Shown here: piece after piece, positions 1 through 9,337 of the stretch
Position numbering within the stretch: the first letter of the stretch is position 1
How the letters are laid out: every line of letters starts with the position of its first letter
Origin: Candidatus Zixiibacteriota bacterium
GTDB lineage: Bacteria > RBG-13-66-14 > B26-G2 > WVWN01
Length of the DNA stretch: 64,000 bases
Assembly (NCBI GenBank): GCA_011773985.1
Contig: WVWN01000062.1
Location: forward strand, 132,084 to 196,083
Direction of reading: 5' to 3'
The notes under the pieces: generated by a model
What the model was told of the DNA's origin: nothing
Databases searched by the model: none
What the model saw: the letters and a program-made list of their open reading frames with translations, nothing else
Made by a program: the position numbers and the translations under genes

Positions 1-263
1 GGTGCCAAGGTCCGGTCGGCTCTTGTTATAGCGCCGGTTGTAGAATCGTAGCCTGCCTCGACGAAAGGGGATACCGGTACTGCGCCCAATGTGCCGAGAT
101 AAACGATTGCACCAAATACGCCCAGAAGAACGTCGAGTTCGGCGGCCGACCCAAAATTTACTCCACTCAGCTCAAGGCTTGGGGCGAAGAACGTTGGCTG
201 AGATTCCACCTGGGCCAAGGGAGTTCCGGCGGCGAAGGAAAGGGCGAAGGGGGAAGCGGGTAA
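1..263 (+). CDS. 3' end of a Cys-rich protein whose start lies left of the window (frame 3, stop TAA at 261-263). Translation: ...CYSAGCRIVACLDERGYRYCAQCAEINDCTKYAQKNVEFGGRPKIYSTQLKAWGEERWLRF...
   Basis: Reading frame open from the window edge to 263 with several CxxC-like pairs. No start is visible. Coding status is inferred only from the absence of stops and plausible codon usage. Confidence 0.3.
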   Translation, partial: CQGPVGSCYSAGCRIVACLDERGYRYCAQCAEINDCTKYAQKNVEFGGRPKIYSTQLKAWGEERWLRFHLGQGSSGGEGKGEGGSG

Positions 264-387
264 ATTTGACTCGGGCGAAAGGTGAGCTAAGCGACCTCGT
301 AGGCCGGTGCGGCCGCCCCCTTAATCTTCGGCGACGACGAGTTTGCGTATTGCGCGGCGGCCGGAACGCCTCGGAGGAGTGTTACGA

Positions 388-852
388 TTGGCTGACGAAA
401 AGAACGTAGCCGAAGGGTTCGCCGCGCGCGCGGTGGACTTGTTCAAAGACGGCTTCAATTGCGCCGAGGCGGTAACGGCCGCGGTGGCGGAACACGTCGA
501 GCCCGGGCAGCGGTGTTTTCCGCGCGTGGCCACCTGCTTCGGCGCCGGCATAGGCCGGCGCGGCGACTTCTGCGGGGCGCTCGCGGGCGCCTTGATGGTC
601 GTCGGCCTGCGGAAGGGCAGAGATACCGGCGAGGACAGCGAGGCGAAAGAACGGGCGTATCGCCTTGCCGACTACGTCGTCGAGGCTTTCCAAAACCGCT
701 TCGGCGACGTCTCGTGCCGGGAGTTGACGGGCTTTAACCTGAGCGACCCGGCCGGTATCGAAGCCTACCGCCGGGAAGAAGTCCACGACAAATTATGCGT
801 CGTATTCGTCGCCGAGGCGGTTCGCTTGGCCTACGACGCCATAAAATCTTAG
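388..852 (+). CDS. C_GCAxxG_C_C family putative redox-active protein
   Basis: Motifs FNCAEAV, CFGAGIG and FCGALAGALMVVGL, and a C-terminal SCRELTG, are typical of the C_GCAxxG_C_C family. Start placed at TTG 388, preceded by GGAGGAG 8 nt upstream. The track's ATG at 343 gives an Arg-rich leader. Confidence 0.7.
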   Translation: MADEKNVAEGFAARAVDLFKDGFNCAEAVTAAVAEHVEPGQRCFPRVATCFGAGIGRRGDFCGALAGALMVVGLRKGRDTGEDSEAKERAYRLADYVVEAFQNRFGDVSCRELTGFNLSDPAGIEAYRREEVHDKLCVVFVAEAVRLAYDAIKS

Positions 853-873
853 AGGGTGATGAATGAATATTTA

Positions 874-894
874 GGCCGCCGGTGGGCGGCTTTT
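874..894 (+). terminator. Rho-independent terminator after the C_GCAxxG_C_C gene
   Basis: GCCGCC-ggtg-GGCGGC hairpin followed by TTTT. Confidence 0.6.
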
Positions 895-908
895 AAAATA
901 AGCGCGTA

Positions 909-2195
909 ATGAACTCGTGGTTCAAAACGCTAATCTTACGCAAGCGGGACGGCGACGTTATAGGCGAAGAAGATTGGCGCCGTTTCGTGGGCGCGCTCGT
1001 CGCCGGCGAGCTGCCGGACTATCAGGTGTCCGCGTTCCTTATGGCCATATATTTTCGGGGGATGACGACCGAGGAAACGGCAACGTTGACCCAAGCCATG
1101 GCTTCATCAGGCGAGCAACTTTCGTTGGGCGCCGGGCCGTACGTGGATAAACATTCGACCGGCGGCGTGGGGGATAAGGTTACGTTGGTCGCGGTACCTT
1201 GGGCCGCGGCGTGCGGCGCCCGCGTCGCGAAACTCTCGGGCCGCGGCCTGGGTTTCACGGGCGGGACCGTCGACAAACTCGAGGCAATTCCCGGCTTCAG
1301 CTGTTCGCTCACGGCGACGCGGCTGAAAGAGTTGGCGGATGCCGTCGGCTGCGCCATAGCCGAGGCCCGCGCCATAGCGCCCGCGGACAAGATTATCTAC
1401 GCGCTTCGAGACGCTACCGCGACGGTGGAGGCCCTGCCTTTAGTCGTCTCGAGTATATTGAGCAAGAAAATCGCGGGAGGCGCGCCGGCTTTCGTTTTCG
1501 ACGTAAAGGCGGGGCGGGGCGCCTTTGCGCGCGACGAAAAGCGTGCGCGGGACTTGGCCCGCGCCCTCGTCGCCGCGGCCAAGGCCGCGGGGCGCCGCGC
1601 CACCGCGGTCCTGACGGCCATGGACCAACCGCTCGGCCGCGCCGTCGGCAACGGGCTCGAAGTCGCGGAGGCGGCGGCGACGCTCCGAGGGGAAGGCCCG
1701 GGCGACGTGCTCGAGGTTTCGGCGGCGGTCGCGGCCGAGATGCTCGTTTCCGCGGGCGTCGCCGGCCCGGAGGGGGCGCGTACTCGCCTCGCGCGCGCCC
1801 TCGAGGCGGGGGACGCGTTCGCGAAGCTCGACGAGATGGCCCGGGCACAGGGGGCACCGCGCGAGTGGCGGCAGCGGCTCCCTCGCGCCGCGGCGTCGGC
1901 CAACGTATTCGCGGAGGACGGGGGATACGTCTCGCTTCTGGACGCGTTCGCCGTCGCGCGCGCCGCGAACGCGCTGGGGGCCGGCCGGGCCACCAAAGAG
2001 GACGAAATCGACCCCGCGGCAGGCGTCGTGTTGCACAAAAAAACGGGCGACGCGGTATCGCCGGGCGACGTCCTTATGACCCTCCACTACGACGACGACC
2101 GCCGCCTGGCGGAAGCCCTTCGCTACGCCCGCGCCGCGGCCGAGGTGGGCGATAGGCCGACGTCGCGGCCGGCGGTCCTGGAAGTTTTACGTTGA
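909..2195 (+). CDS. deoA: Thymidine / pyrimidine-nucleoside phosphorylase
   Basis: DKHSTGGVGDKVTLV, the glycine-rich loop SGRGLGFTGGTVDKLEAIPG, and the N-terminal alpha domain YFRGMTTEE. Confidence 0.9.
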   Translation: MNSWFKTLILRKRDGDVIGEEDWRRFVGALVAGELPDYQVSAFLMAIYFRGMTTEETATLTQAMASSGEQLSLGAGPYVDKHSTGGVGDKVTLVAVPWAAACGARVAKLSGRGLGFTGGTVDKLEAIPGFSCSLTATRLKELADAVGCAIAEARAIAPADKIIYALRDATATVEALPLVVSSILSKKIAGGAPAFVFDVKAGRGAFARDEKRARDLARALVAAAKAAGRRATAVLTAMDQPLGRAVGNGLEVAEAAATLRGEGPGDVLEVSAAVAAEMLVSAGVAGPEGARTRLARALEAGDAFAKLDEMARAQGAPREWRQRLPRAAASANVFAEDGGYVSLLDAFAVARAANALGAGRATKEDEIDPAAGVVLHKKTGDAVSPGDVLMTLHYDDDRRLAEALRYARAAAEVGDRPTSRPAVLEVLR

Positions 2196-2274
2196 CCCCT
2201 CCCGCCGAAGGTTCCGCCCGCAAGGTCCTTCTCTCACCAACAGCCTAAGTCATTTTAACCTCAGCCTATTACGC

Positions 2275-2303
2275 TTGATATTGGCTAAGACGGGCTGTAT
2301 AAT
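2275..2303 (+). promoter_or_regulatory. Near-consensus sigma-70 promoter (TTGATA-17 bp-TGnTATAAT) upstream of the membrane protein gene
   Basis: TTGATA at 2275-2280, a 17-nt spacer ending in TG, and TATAAT at 2298-2303. Confidence 0.6.
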
Positions 2304-2489
2304 TCGTAGGTTTGGCGTTAAAAAAGACGTACGTACGACTTCCCACCGAGGTGATGCGCGGCCCTGGCTAAGTTAAAGGCTATCGTCCCGATAATTATAG
2401 TAGGCGCTATTACCGCGGCCTCGCTGGTTGCGTTTTTCTATTATCACCCCAGTTACCGCGTCTCCCTGGCGACTTTCGCAAACGAAGCG

Positions 2490-4385
2490 GTGCACGTATT
2501 TCTCTTCGCCGCGCTTGCGTGGGCCGCGTATTTCGTAGGGCGCCTCGCCTCGCGGTTTATATTTCGCCAACGCGAATCATATTGGGAAATAGAACTCGCC
2601 TTAGGGTTTATCGCCTTCGGCTTGGCCGCTTTCGCCCTCGGCGCGGCGCACCTCTTGTTTCCTTGGGTCGTTCGGGCCGTCGTTCTGTTTATGCTCGCGC
2701 TCTCGGCCCCGCTCCTGTGGCGTTACGGCCGAGAGGCGGACGGCTTTTTCCGCGCGCGCCTCTCCTCACTGACGCTCGGGCCCGCGCTCGTCGCCGCCGT
2801 TTTGTTGCCGTTGGCGGCGGCCGTATTCGTGCGCGTCGGCCTCCCGCCCTTCGAATGGGATTCGTTGGTCTACCACATCTACGTGCCGAAGGTCTACGCC
2901 GAGGCCCACGGCTTCGTCTACTTGCCGCGCTTGGCGTACGCGTCGATGCCGTTGGGTGCGGAGATGATGTTTACGTGGGCCTACCTCTGGGACGGCGTCG
3001 GTTGCGCGGCGGCCGTCCCGTCACTCCTCAACGCCCTTATGGTGGTGGCGACCTGGCGTTTGGCTCGCCGCTATTTAGACAACCTTTGGGCGACCGTGGC
3101 CGCGGCGTTCGTCTTCCTTAACCCCACCCTTTTGGCCTATTTTACCTCCGCCTACGTAGACATGATACTGGGTACGTTTGCGCTGATGTCGCTTTTGGTT
3201 TATTTACGCGGCCTTCATAACAGGGGCGACGCGGCGCTGGCCGGCCTCCTCCTGGGAGCCGCGCTCGGCGTGAAGTATACGGGCACGTACGCGTTGATAG
3301 GCTTCGCGCCCGTCCTCGCCCTCGACCTCTACCGCCGCCGCGTTACCGTACGGCGCCTGGCCGTCTTCTTCGCCGTGGCGTTCGTCATGGCGTTGCCTTG
3401 GCTCGCAAAAGCGTACGTCGAGAGGGGAAACCCGTTTTTCCCCACTTTTTACGGCGTCTTCGGCGGGCGCGGCATAACGCCCGTGATGGCCGAACACCTC
3501 GGCAAATGGCAGAAGGAGATTGGGATGGGCCGGGCGCCGCTCGATTATCTCCTGCTCCCGTACCGCGTCTCGGTCCAGGCCGACCAGGGTTACCAAAAGT
3601 TCGACGGCATAATTTTACCGTTCAGCATCGCCACGCTCCTATTGTCGATTTTATGGTTCCGGCGGCGGCGCATTATCCTATATACCGTATTTTATTTCGG
3701 CGCTTGGGCATTTTTAGCTTCACAGCAGTTGCGGTTCCTGAGCGCCGCGCTGGGAACGCTCGCGATTACGGCCGCCGGGGTCTTCGCGTACGCCGCGGCG
3801 CAGTTTAAAGGAACGCTACGAACCGGGGCCGCCATCGTGCTGATAGCCGCCTTCGTGGCCTTCGGTTACGCCGTCAATACCGTGATCTGTTGTTATTACG
3901 TGGCTGACGCGGTTAGGTACCTACTAACCCGCGACGCGGACGAGTACCTGACCCGCGTGGCGCCGGTTTACCCCGCCGACAAATTCGTTAACGATAATCT
4001 CCCCGAAGACGCCGTTATTTTGATGATTTTTAACGACCATTTGCTATACTTGGAAAGGCCCGCTATATACGACTCGTTCTTCGAGGCGTCACAAACTTTG
4101 ACGAGCGTAGCAAAATTGAAAAACCCTTCCGCCGTAGCGGACTACGTCGACGGCCTGGGTGCGACCCACATTTTCTCCGGCCGCTTCGCCGAAGATTACT
4201 TCTGGAGCCACTACGAGCGCGCGACGCGCGTTCTCTGGGAGGCCTACCTTGACGGCTATACGACCGTCATATACGACGACGGCCAGTTCGTAATCCGTGC
4301 CATATTGCCGCGGCCCCGCGGCCCCGATTACCCCTCGATAAAGTCTTTACACGAGTTCGACGCAAAGGCGAGTTTATACTTTTAA
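2490..4385 (+). CDS. Large polytopic membrane protein, GT-C-fold glycosyltransferase-like (ArnT/PMT-type), with a C-terminal soluble domain
   Basis: About 12 predicted TM helices. The first periplasmic loop carries PPFEWDSLVYHIYVPKVY, a DE/WD-type motif as in GT39/83 enzymes. A C-terminal domain of roughly 180 aa is non-membrane. GTG start at 2490, but the frame is open upstream and encodes a further TM-like segment (see findings). Confidence 0.55.
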   Translation: MHVFLFAALAWAAYFVGRLASRFIFRQRESYWEIELALGFIAFGLAAFALGAAHLLFPWVVRAVVLFMLALSAPLLWRYGREADGFFRARLSSLTLGPALVAAVLLPLAAAVFVRVGLPPFEWDSLVYHIYVPKVYAEAHGFVYLPRLAYASMPLGAEMMFTWAYLWDGVGCAAAVPSLLNALMVVATWRLARRYLDNLWATVAAAFVFLNPTLLAYFTSAYVDMILGTFALMSLLVYLRGLHNRGDAALAGLLLGAALGVKYTGTYALIGFAPVLALDLYRRRVTVRRLAVFFAVAFVMALPWLAKAYVERGNPFFPTFYGVFGGRGITPVMAEHLGKWQKEIGMGRAPLDYLLLPYRVSVQADQGYQKFDGIILPFSIATLLLSILWFRRRRIILYTVFYFGAWAFLASQQLRFLSAALGTLAITAAGVFAYAAAQFKGTLRTGAAIVLIAAFVAFGYAVNTVICCYYVADAVRYLLTRDADEYLTRVAPVYPADKFVNDNLPEDAVILMIFNDHLLYLERPAIYDSFFEASQTLTSVAKLKNPSAVADYVDGLGATHIFSGRFAEDYFWSHYERATRVLWEAYLDGYTTVIYDDGQFVIRAILPRPRGPDYPSIKSLHEFDAKASLYF

Positions 4386-4395
4386 ATTATTTAAT

Positions 4396-5823
4396 ATGAG
4401 GCCGAAGCGCAATCTTTGCTTAAGTATATTATTAATATCTTCCGGCGCGGCTTTTGCCGGGGCGTCCGGTTCCCTCGCGCAAGGCGGGGGAGACGCGAAT
4501 TTCGAGGACGGGCCGTCGCATTCAGTTTACCTGGCGTTAGTCGGCGAGGAGGCCGGCGGCGAGAAAGAAAAAAGGCCGGCGGAGAAGGGCGCGGCTCGCG
4601 ACACGGCTGAGAAAGAGAAGAAAAAAGAAATACCTTACCACGTCGAAGCGGACGTGACGGAGGGTTATTACGCGGCCGGCGACCAGGTATTACACGGCAT
4701 AGGGAACGTTGTCATCGTACACGGCGATACGACGATAACGTGCGACGAGGCCTACTCGTACGAAGCGCAGCGGCTGGCCACGCTGTTGGGAAAAGTGAAG
4801 GTAAGGAACCCGGTTCAGGAGTATACGTTGACGGCGGGATACGCCGAGTATCACCGCGAGGATAAGCTCGCGGTAGCGACCAAGAGCCCGCGTTTAGTAT
4901 TAGAAAAAGACAGGCCGATCGTAATTACTTCCGACATCATGCGGATGTGGACCGACGAAGAGTACGGCGAAGCGGCGGGCAGCGTAAAAATTGTCTCCGA
5001 AGACGTAGACGGTTACGGCCAGAAGTTGAAATATTTCGGCAAAGAAGAAAGGGTCGAGCTGAGCGGCAAGCCCGTCGTACGCCAGGAGGAAAGCCGCCTC
5101 GCCGGCGATTTAATCACGCTCTACCTCGAGGGTGAAAAGTTACGGCGCGCTCTCGTAGAGGGGTCCGCGCGCATTTTATATTTCTCGCGGCCCGAGGAAA
5201 AAGGCGAAGAGGAAGAAGCCGGCGAACGAGAGGCGCCCGGGGGGACAACCGCCGCCGCTTACGAGGCCGCGCCGGCTCGAGTAGAAGAAGAGCTCGTCGA
5301 CGAGACGACCGGCGAACGTATAATGGCAGGCACGGCGGATGATGAAGATGAGGCGGGCGTCGACGTCGCCGCCGGGCCGAGTGGCGGCGCCGCGGGTGAG
5401 GAAGAGGAGAATGGGACGCCCTCCGGGCGGGTGGAGGCCGCGGGCACGGTTATTGACGGCCTATTTAAGGACGGCGTGCTCGAGCAAGTGGACATCACCG
5501 GCGACGCCGAGGGACATTATTGGCCCTTCGACGAATTCGGCGTAGAGACGGGCGAGCAAATCGACGCCGCCGGCGACCGCATTCGGATAGCAATGAACGA
5601 CGGCGAAGTAAAAAAAATCGTCGTGGAAGGTAACGCCGAAGGAATATATCGGCCGGCGAAATCGGAGGGGCGGAGCGGCGTGACGCAAACCGCCGGCGAC
5701 CGCATCTCCGTATTCGTCTCCGAGCGGGAGGTGCGGCGCATCGTCGTCTTCGGCCACGCGCACGGCTCGTACTTCACGGAGGAGACGCCCGCGGCCGAGG
5801 GACGCGAGGTTTCGAGTGGCTAA
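4396..5823 (+). CDS. lptA: LptA/OstA-like periplasmic LPS-transport protein with an acidic linker and a C-terminal triple repeat
   Basis: Signal peptide, then an OstA-like beta-jellyroll region ([39 protein letters not shown]...). It sits immediately upstream of lptB-rpoN. An acidic E/G-rich linker precedes three repeats: [18 protein letters not shown] and GHAHGSYF. Confidence 0.6.
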   Translation: MRPKRNLCLSILLISSGAAFAGASGSLAQGGGDANFEDGPSHSVYLALVGEEAGGEKEKRPAEKGAARDTAEKEKKKEIPYHVEADVTEGYYAAGDQVLHGIGNVVIVHGDTTITCDEAYSYEAQRLATLLGKVKVRNPVQEYTLTAGYAEYHREDKLAVATKSPRLVLEKDRPIVITSDIMRMWTDEEYGEAAGSVKIVSEDVDGYGQKLKYFGKEERVELSGKPVVRQEESRLAGDLITLYLEGEKLRRALVEGSARILYFSRPEEKGEEEEAGEREAPGGTTAAAYEAAPARVEEELVDETTGERIMAGTADDEDEAGVDVAAGPSGGAAGEEEENGTPSGRVEAAGTVIDGLFKDGVLEQVDITGDAEGHYWPFDEFGVETGEQIDAAGDRIRIAMNDGEVKKIVVEGNAEGIYRPAKSEGRSGVTQTAGDRISVFVSEREVRRIVVFGHAHGSYFTEETPAAEGREVSSG

Positions 5824-6613
5824 GGTTGCCCCGCAAGAGGCGGTAGAGAAGGTCATCTCGCCGTCGAGGGCCGCGCAGGCGAAAAAGGGCACGGCCGTCC
5901 TGAGGACCGAGGAATTGGTAAAGGTCTATTCCGGGCGGCGGGTGGTGGACGACGTTTCCATAGAGGTCGAGCCGGGCGAGATAGTGGGCCTTTTGGGCCC
6001 GAACGGCGCCGGTAAAACGACGACGTTTTACATGATCGTCGGCCTCATCAACCCGACCGCGGGGAAGATTTTCCTGGGCCCCGACGAGTTGACCAAACTG
6101 CCTATGTACAAGCGTGCCCGGAGGGGCGTGGGTTATTTATCCCAGGAAGCTTCTATCTTCCGAAAACTGACCGTCGAGGAAAATATCCTCGCCATACTTG
6201 AGGTTATGAACGTTAGCTCCCGCGACCGCCGCCGCCGCGCGCTCGAGCTCCTCGAGGTAATGGGCGTCGACCACCTGTTGAGAGCGAAGGCGTACACTTT
6301 GTCGGGCGGCGAACGCCGACGCGTCGAGATCGCGCGCGCCCTCGCCTCGGAGCCCCTCTATCTTCTCCTCGACGAACCGTTCGCGGGAATCGACCCGCTC
6401 GCGGTGGAGGACATCCAAAATATCGTGCTACAGCTTCAGCAGGCGGGCCTCGGCATTCTCATAACGGACCACAACGTGCGCGAGACCCTCGAGATAACCC
6501 ACCGCGCCTACATAATGTTCGAAGGTCAAATTCTGATATCGGGCGACGGCGAAAAATTAATCAACGACCCGGAAGCGCGAAAGATCTACCTGGGCGAGAG
6601 GTTCCGTATGTAA
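5816..6613 (+). CDS. lptB: LPS export ABC transporter ATP-binding protein LptB
   Basis: Walker [10 protein letters not shown], signature [15 protein letters not shown], Walker [12 protein letters not shown], and the canonical position before rpoN. Confidence 0.9.
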   Translation: MAKVAPQEAVEKVISPSRAAQAKKGTAVLRTEELVKVYSGRRVVDDVSIEVEPGEIVGLLGPNGAGKTTTFYMIVGLINPTAGKIFLGPDELTKLPMYKRARRGVGYLSQEASIFRKLTVEENILAILEVMNVSSRDRRRRALELLEVMGVDHLLRAKAYTLSGGERRRVEIARALASEPLYLLLDEPFAGIDPLAVEDIQNIVLQLQQAGLGILITDHNVRETLEITHRAYIMFEGQILISGDGEKLINDPEARKIYLGERFRM

Positions 6614-6638
6614 CCGCCCCGGCGCAAAGTCAAACGGC

Positions 6639-8012
6639 ATGAGACTAACCCAACGACTAGAACAACGCCAAATCATATCGCCGCGGCTTCAGCAGTCGCT
6701 CCGGCTTCTGACGCTGAACAACGTGGAACTCGAGGCCGCGATCGAGGCGGAACTGGAGGTCAACCCGCTATTGGAGTGGGAGCCCGAGGCGTTCAACTTA
6801 GGAGAGGACGTACCTTCGTCCCCGGCCCGCCTCGAGAACATCGACTGGCAAGACTACTTCGAGACCGCGTCGCGAGGGGGCTACTTCACCGAAGGCCGCG
6901 AAGAGTTCGACCAGCTAGCCGCGGCGTCGGGGCCGCCCGCCACTTTGGCCGAACATCTAATCCGCCAGCTAGAGGTGTCGGAGCTGAGCGGTCGCGACTT
7001 CGAGCTCGCCGCGTGCGCCGTTTCGGCGCTCGACCGGGACGGTTACCTCAGGTTGCCGCTCGCGGCGCTCGCCGGGGAGGTCGGAACGAGTGAGGACGAA
7101 CTAGAGCGGGTTTTAATCGAAATCGTCCAACGGCTCGACCCGCCGGGAGTTGGCGCGCGTGACTTGAGAGAAGCTCTGAGTTTGCAGTGGCGGGCGGCGG
7201 GCGACGAGGCGCCGGCGTTGGCGGGCGTAATCATCGATAAACGTTTGGAGGCGTTCGTAAACAAATCCCCCGCCGAATTGGCGCGGAGCTTGAAGGTACC
7301 GCTCGAGGAACTCGAGGCCGCGGTGGCGTACATAAAAAGTCTCGAGCCCCGACCCGGGCGGGCGTTCGGGGGCGAAATAAACCCGGTCTTACTCCCGGAC
7401 ATCCGCGTCGACCTGGAAGACGGCGACGTAGAAATCACCCTTCTCGACGACCGCTTAGGGCGCTTGTACATAAGCCCCGGTTATCGGGATTTGCTCGCGG
7501 CCGACGACGGCTCGGACGAAGAGGCGGCCCGTTTCCTGAAATACCGCCTAACCGCGGCCGCGTCGTTCATACGCGCCGTCCACCAGCGGCGCCGGACCCT
7601 CGAGAAAATTGCCGCGGCCATATTCGAACGCCAGCGCGATTTCCTCACCGTTGGCGAACCCGGCCTTAAACCGCTTACGATGGAGGAGGTGGCCGACCAG
7701 GTAGGTTTCCACGTGTCGACGGTCTCGCGCGCCGTCGCTAACAAGACCGCGGACACGCCGACGGGCGTTTTCCCGCTGAAGCTTTTCTTCACCGGGAAGG
7801 TTGACGCGAGCGAAGGCCCGATGTCGGTGGAACACGTCAAATCCCTGCTTCGAGATATTATCGACGTGGAGGATAAAAGTGCGCCCTTGTCGGACGAGGA
7901 GCTCGCCGCGGCGCTCGCGGGCCGGGGCGTGCGCGTCGCGCGCCGGACGGTCGCGAAATACCGCAAAGAACTGAAGCTCCCGGGTAAACATGACAGAAAA
8001 AAGAGAATTTGA
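6639..8012 (+). CDS. rpoN: RNA polymerase sigma-54 factor RpoN
   Basis: N-terminal RLTQRLEQRQIISPRLQQSLRLLTL and a C-terminal RpoN box ARRTVAKYR. Confidence 0.95.
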   Translation: MRLTQRLEQRQIISPRLQQSLRLLTLNNVELEAAIEAELEVNPLLEWEPEAFNLGEDVPSSPARLENIDWQDYFETASRGGYFTEGREEFDQLAAASGPPATLAEHLIRQLEVSELSGRDFELAACAVSALDRDGYLRLPLAALAGEVGTSEDELERVLIEIVQRLDPPGVGARDLREALSLQWRAAGDEAPALAGVIIDKRLEAFVNKSPAELARSLKVPLEELEAAVAYIKSLEPRPGRAFGGEINPVLLPDIRVDLEDGDVEITLLDDRLGRLYISPGYRDLLAADDGSDEEAARFLKYRLTAAASFIRAVHQRRRTLEKIAAAIFERQRDFLTVGEPGLKPLTMEEVADQVGFHVSTVSRAVANKTADTPTGVFPLKLFFTGKVDASEGPMSVEHVKSLLRDIIDVEDKSAPLSDEELAAALAGRGVRVARRTVAKYRKELKLPGKHDRKKRI

Positions 8013-9336
8013 CGTGGTTATCGTAGGGGGTGGGCCGGCGGGATATCCCGCGGCCATCCGGGCCGCCCGCCGCGGGGCAAGCGTCGCCGTGGTAGAGGAG
8101 AAGCACGTCGGCGGGACTTGCCTCAACGTCGGTTGCATCCCGACGAAGTTTTATTGCCGCCGGAGCGCCGTCGCGGACCCGCGCCCCTGGGCCGAGGTCG
8201 TCGCGGACAAGGATAAACTGGTCGACGGCCTCGTGGGCGGCATCGAATTTTTATTTGCCAAACGCGGCGTCGAACTGGTCCGGGGGCACGGCCGCCTCCG
8301 CCGCGGCCGCGAAGTAACCGTCGAGGGCAACGGGAATTCGGTCCTGCGGGCGCGGAACGGGATAATTTACGCGCCCGGTTCCGTTACGTCGTCACCCCCG
8401 GCTTTCCGCATTGACCACGAGCTCGTCCTCGAAAGCGACGACCTGGTTAACTCGCCGCTGGCCTTCAAGAGTATCCTGGTCGTGGGAGGCGGCGCCATAG
8501 GGCTGGAGTGGGCGACCATATGTAACCGCCGCGGCGTGGAGGTAACCGTGCTCGAGATGATGCCCCAGGTCCTCCCCGGCCTCGACGCCGACGTCGCGCG
8601 CAGGCTCGCCGCCTTGATGAAACGGACCGGCGTCGAGATATCGGTGGGCGATAGGGTAGAGAAGTTGGAGCGGCGCAAGGGCGGCGTCGCGGCCCACCTT
8701 TCGGACGGCCGGACCCTCGAGGCCGAACGCGCGCTGATAGCGGTAGGCCGACGGGCAAACGTCGACGAGGACGACCTCGCGGCCTTAGGCATCGAAACCG
8801 AAAGGCGTCGCATAAAAGTGCGGCCAACTATGGCGACGACGGCTGAGGGGGTTTGGGCCGCGGGCGACGCCGCGGGAGCGGGTCCTATGTTGGCGCACGT
8901 CGCGACCCGCCAGGGCCTGGTCGCGCTCGAGAACGTTTTGGGGAGGCACGGGGAAATGGATTACGACCACATACCCTGGGCCGTTTTCTCGGAGCCGGAG
9001 GCCGCGGGGATGGGTTTAAATGCGGAGGAAGCCCTACAGCGAGCCATCGCGGCGCGGGAGGGCCGCGTCGACTACCGCTCCCTCGGGAGACCCCGCGCGG
9101 ACGGCTTTGTGGACGGCTTTTTCAAGATACTTGCTGCCGAGGACGACGGAAAGATACTGGGCGCCCACGCGGTCGGGCACGAGGCCGCGGAGATCGTCCA
9201 GGTCGCCGCGGCGGCAGCGGCTTGCGGGGCGACGGTCGCCGATATGGACAAATTTATAGCCATCCACCCGACCTATAGCGAGTTGGTGGCCGAGGCTTTA
9301 GAGGATTGGCGGGGCTTGGCGACGCACCGGCCTTAG
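7990..9336 (+). CDS. lpdA: Dihydrolipoyl dehydrogenase (pyridine nucleotide-disulfide oxidoreductase)
   Basis: FAD-binding VVIVGGGPAGY, the redox-active disulfide GGTCLNVGCIPTK, and a C-terminal dimerisation domain with HPTYSE. Confidence 0.85.
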   Translation: MTEKREFDVVIVGGGPAGYPAAIRAARRGASVAVVEEKHVGGTCLNVGCIPTKFYCRRSAVADPRPWAEVVADKDKLVDGLVGGIEFLFAKRGVELVRGHGRLRRGREVTVEGNGNSVLRARNGIIYAPGSVTSSPPAFRIDHELVLESDDLVNSPLAFKSILVVGGGAIGLEWATICNRRGVEVTVLEMMPQVLPGLDADVARRLAALMKRTGVEISVGDRVEKLERRKGGVAAHLSDGRTLEAERALIAVGRRANVDEDDLAALGIETERRRIKVRPTMATTAEGVWAAGDAAGAGPMLAHVATRQGLVALENVLGRHGEMDYDHIPWAVFSEPEAAGMGLNAEEALQRAIAAREGRVDYRSLGRPRADGFVDGFFKILAAEDDGKILGAHAVGHEAAEIVQVAAAAAACGATVADMDKFIAIHPTYSELVAEALEDWRGLATHRP

Positions 9337-9337
9337 G

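Noticed and set aside
89-409. 106-aa Arg-rich ORF at the window start, with a 76-aa minus-strand ORF over the same region
   Set aside because: Extreme Arg/Gly/Pro composition typical of off-frame translation of high-GC DNA. It overlaps the better-supported frame-3 tail and the C_GCAxxG_C_C gene. No motifs.
4560-5420. Low-complexity GA-rich and acidic repeats (gagaaagaaaaaagg..., GEEEE...) that might look like a repeat array
   Set aside because: They lie in-frame within the LptA-like CDS and encode K/E-rich and E/G-rich linkers. There is no spacer-repeat periodicity and nothing CRISPR-like.
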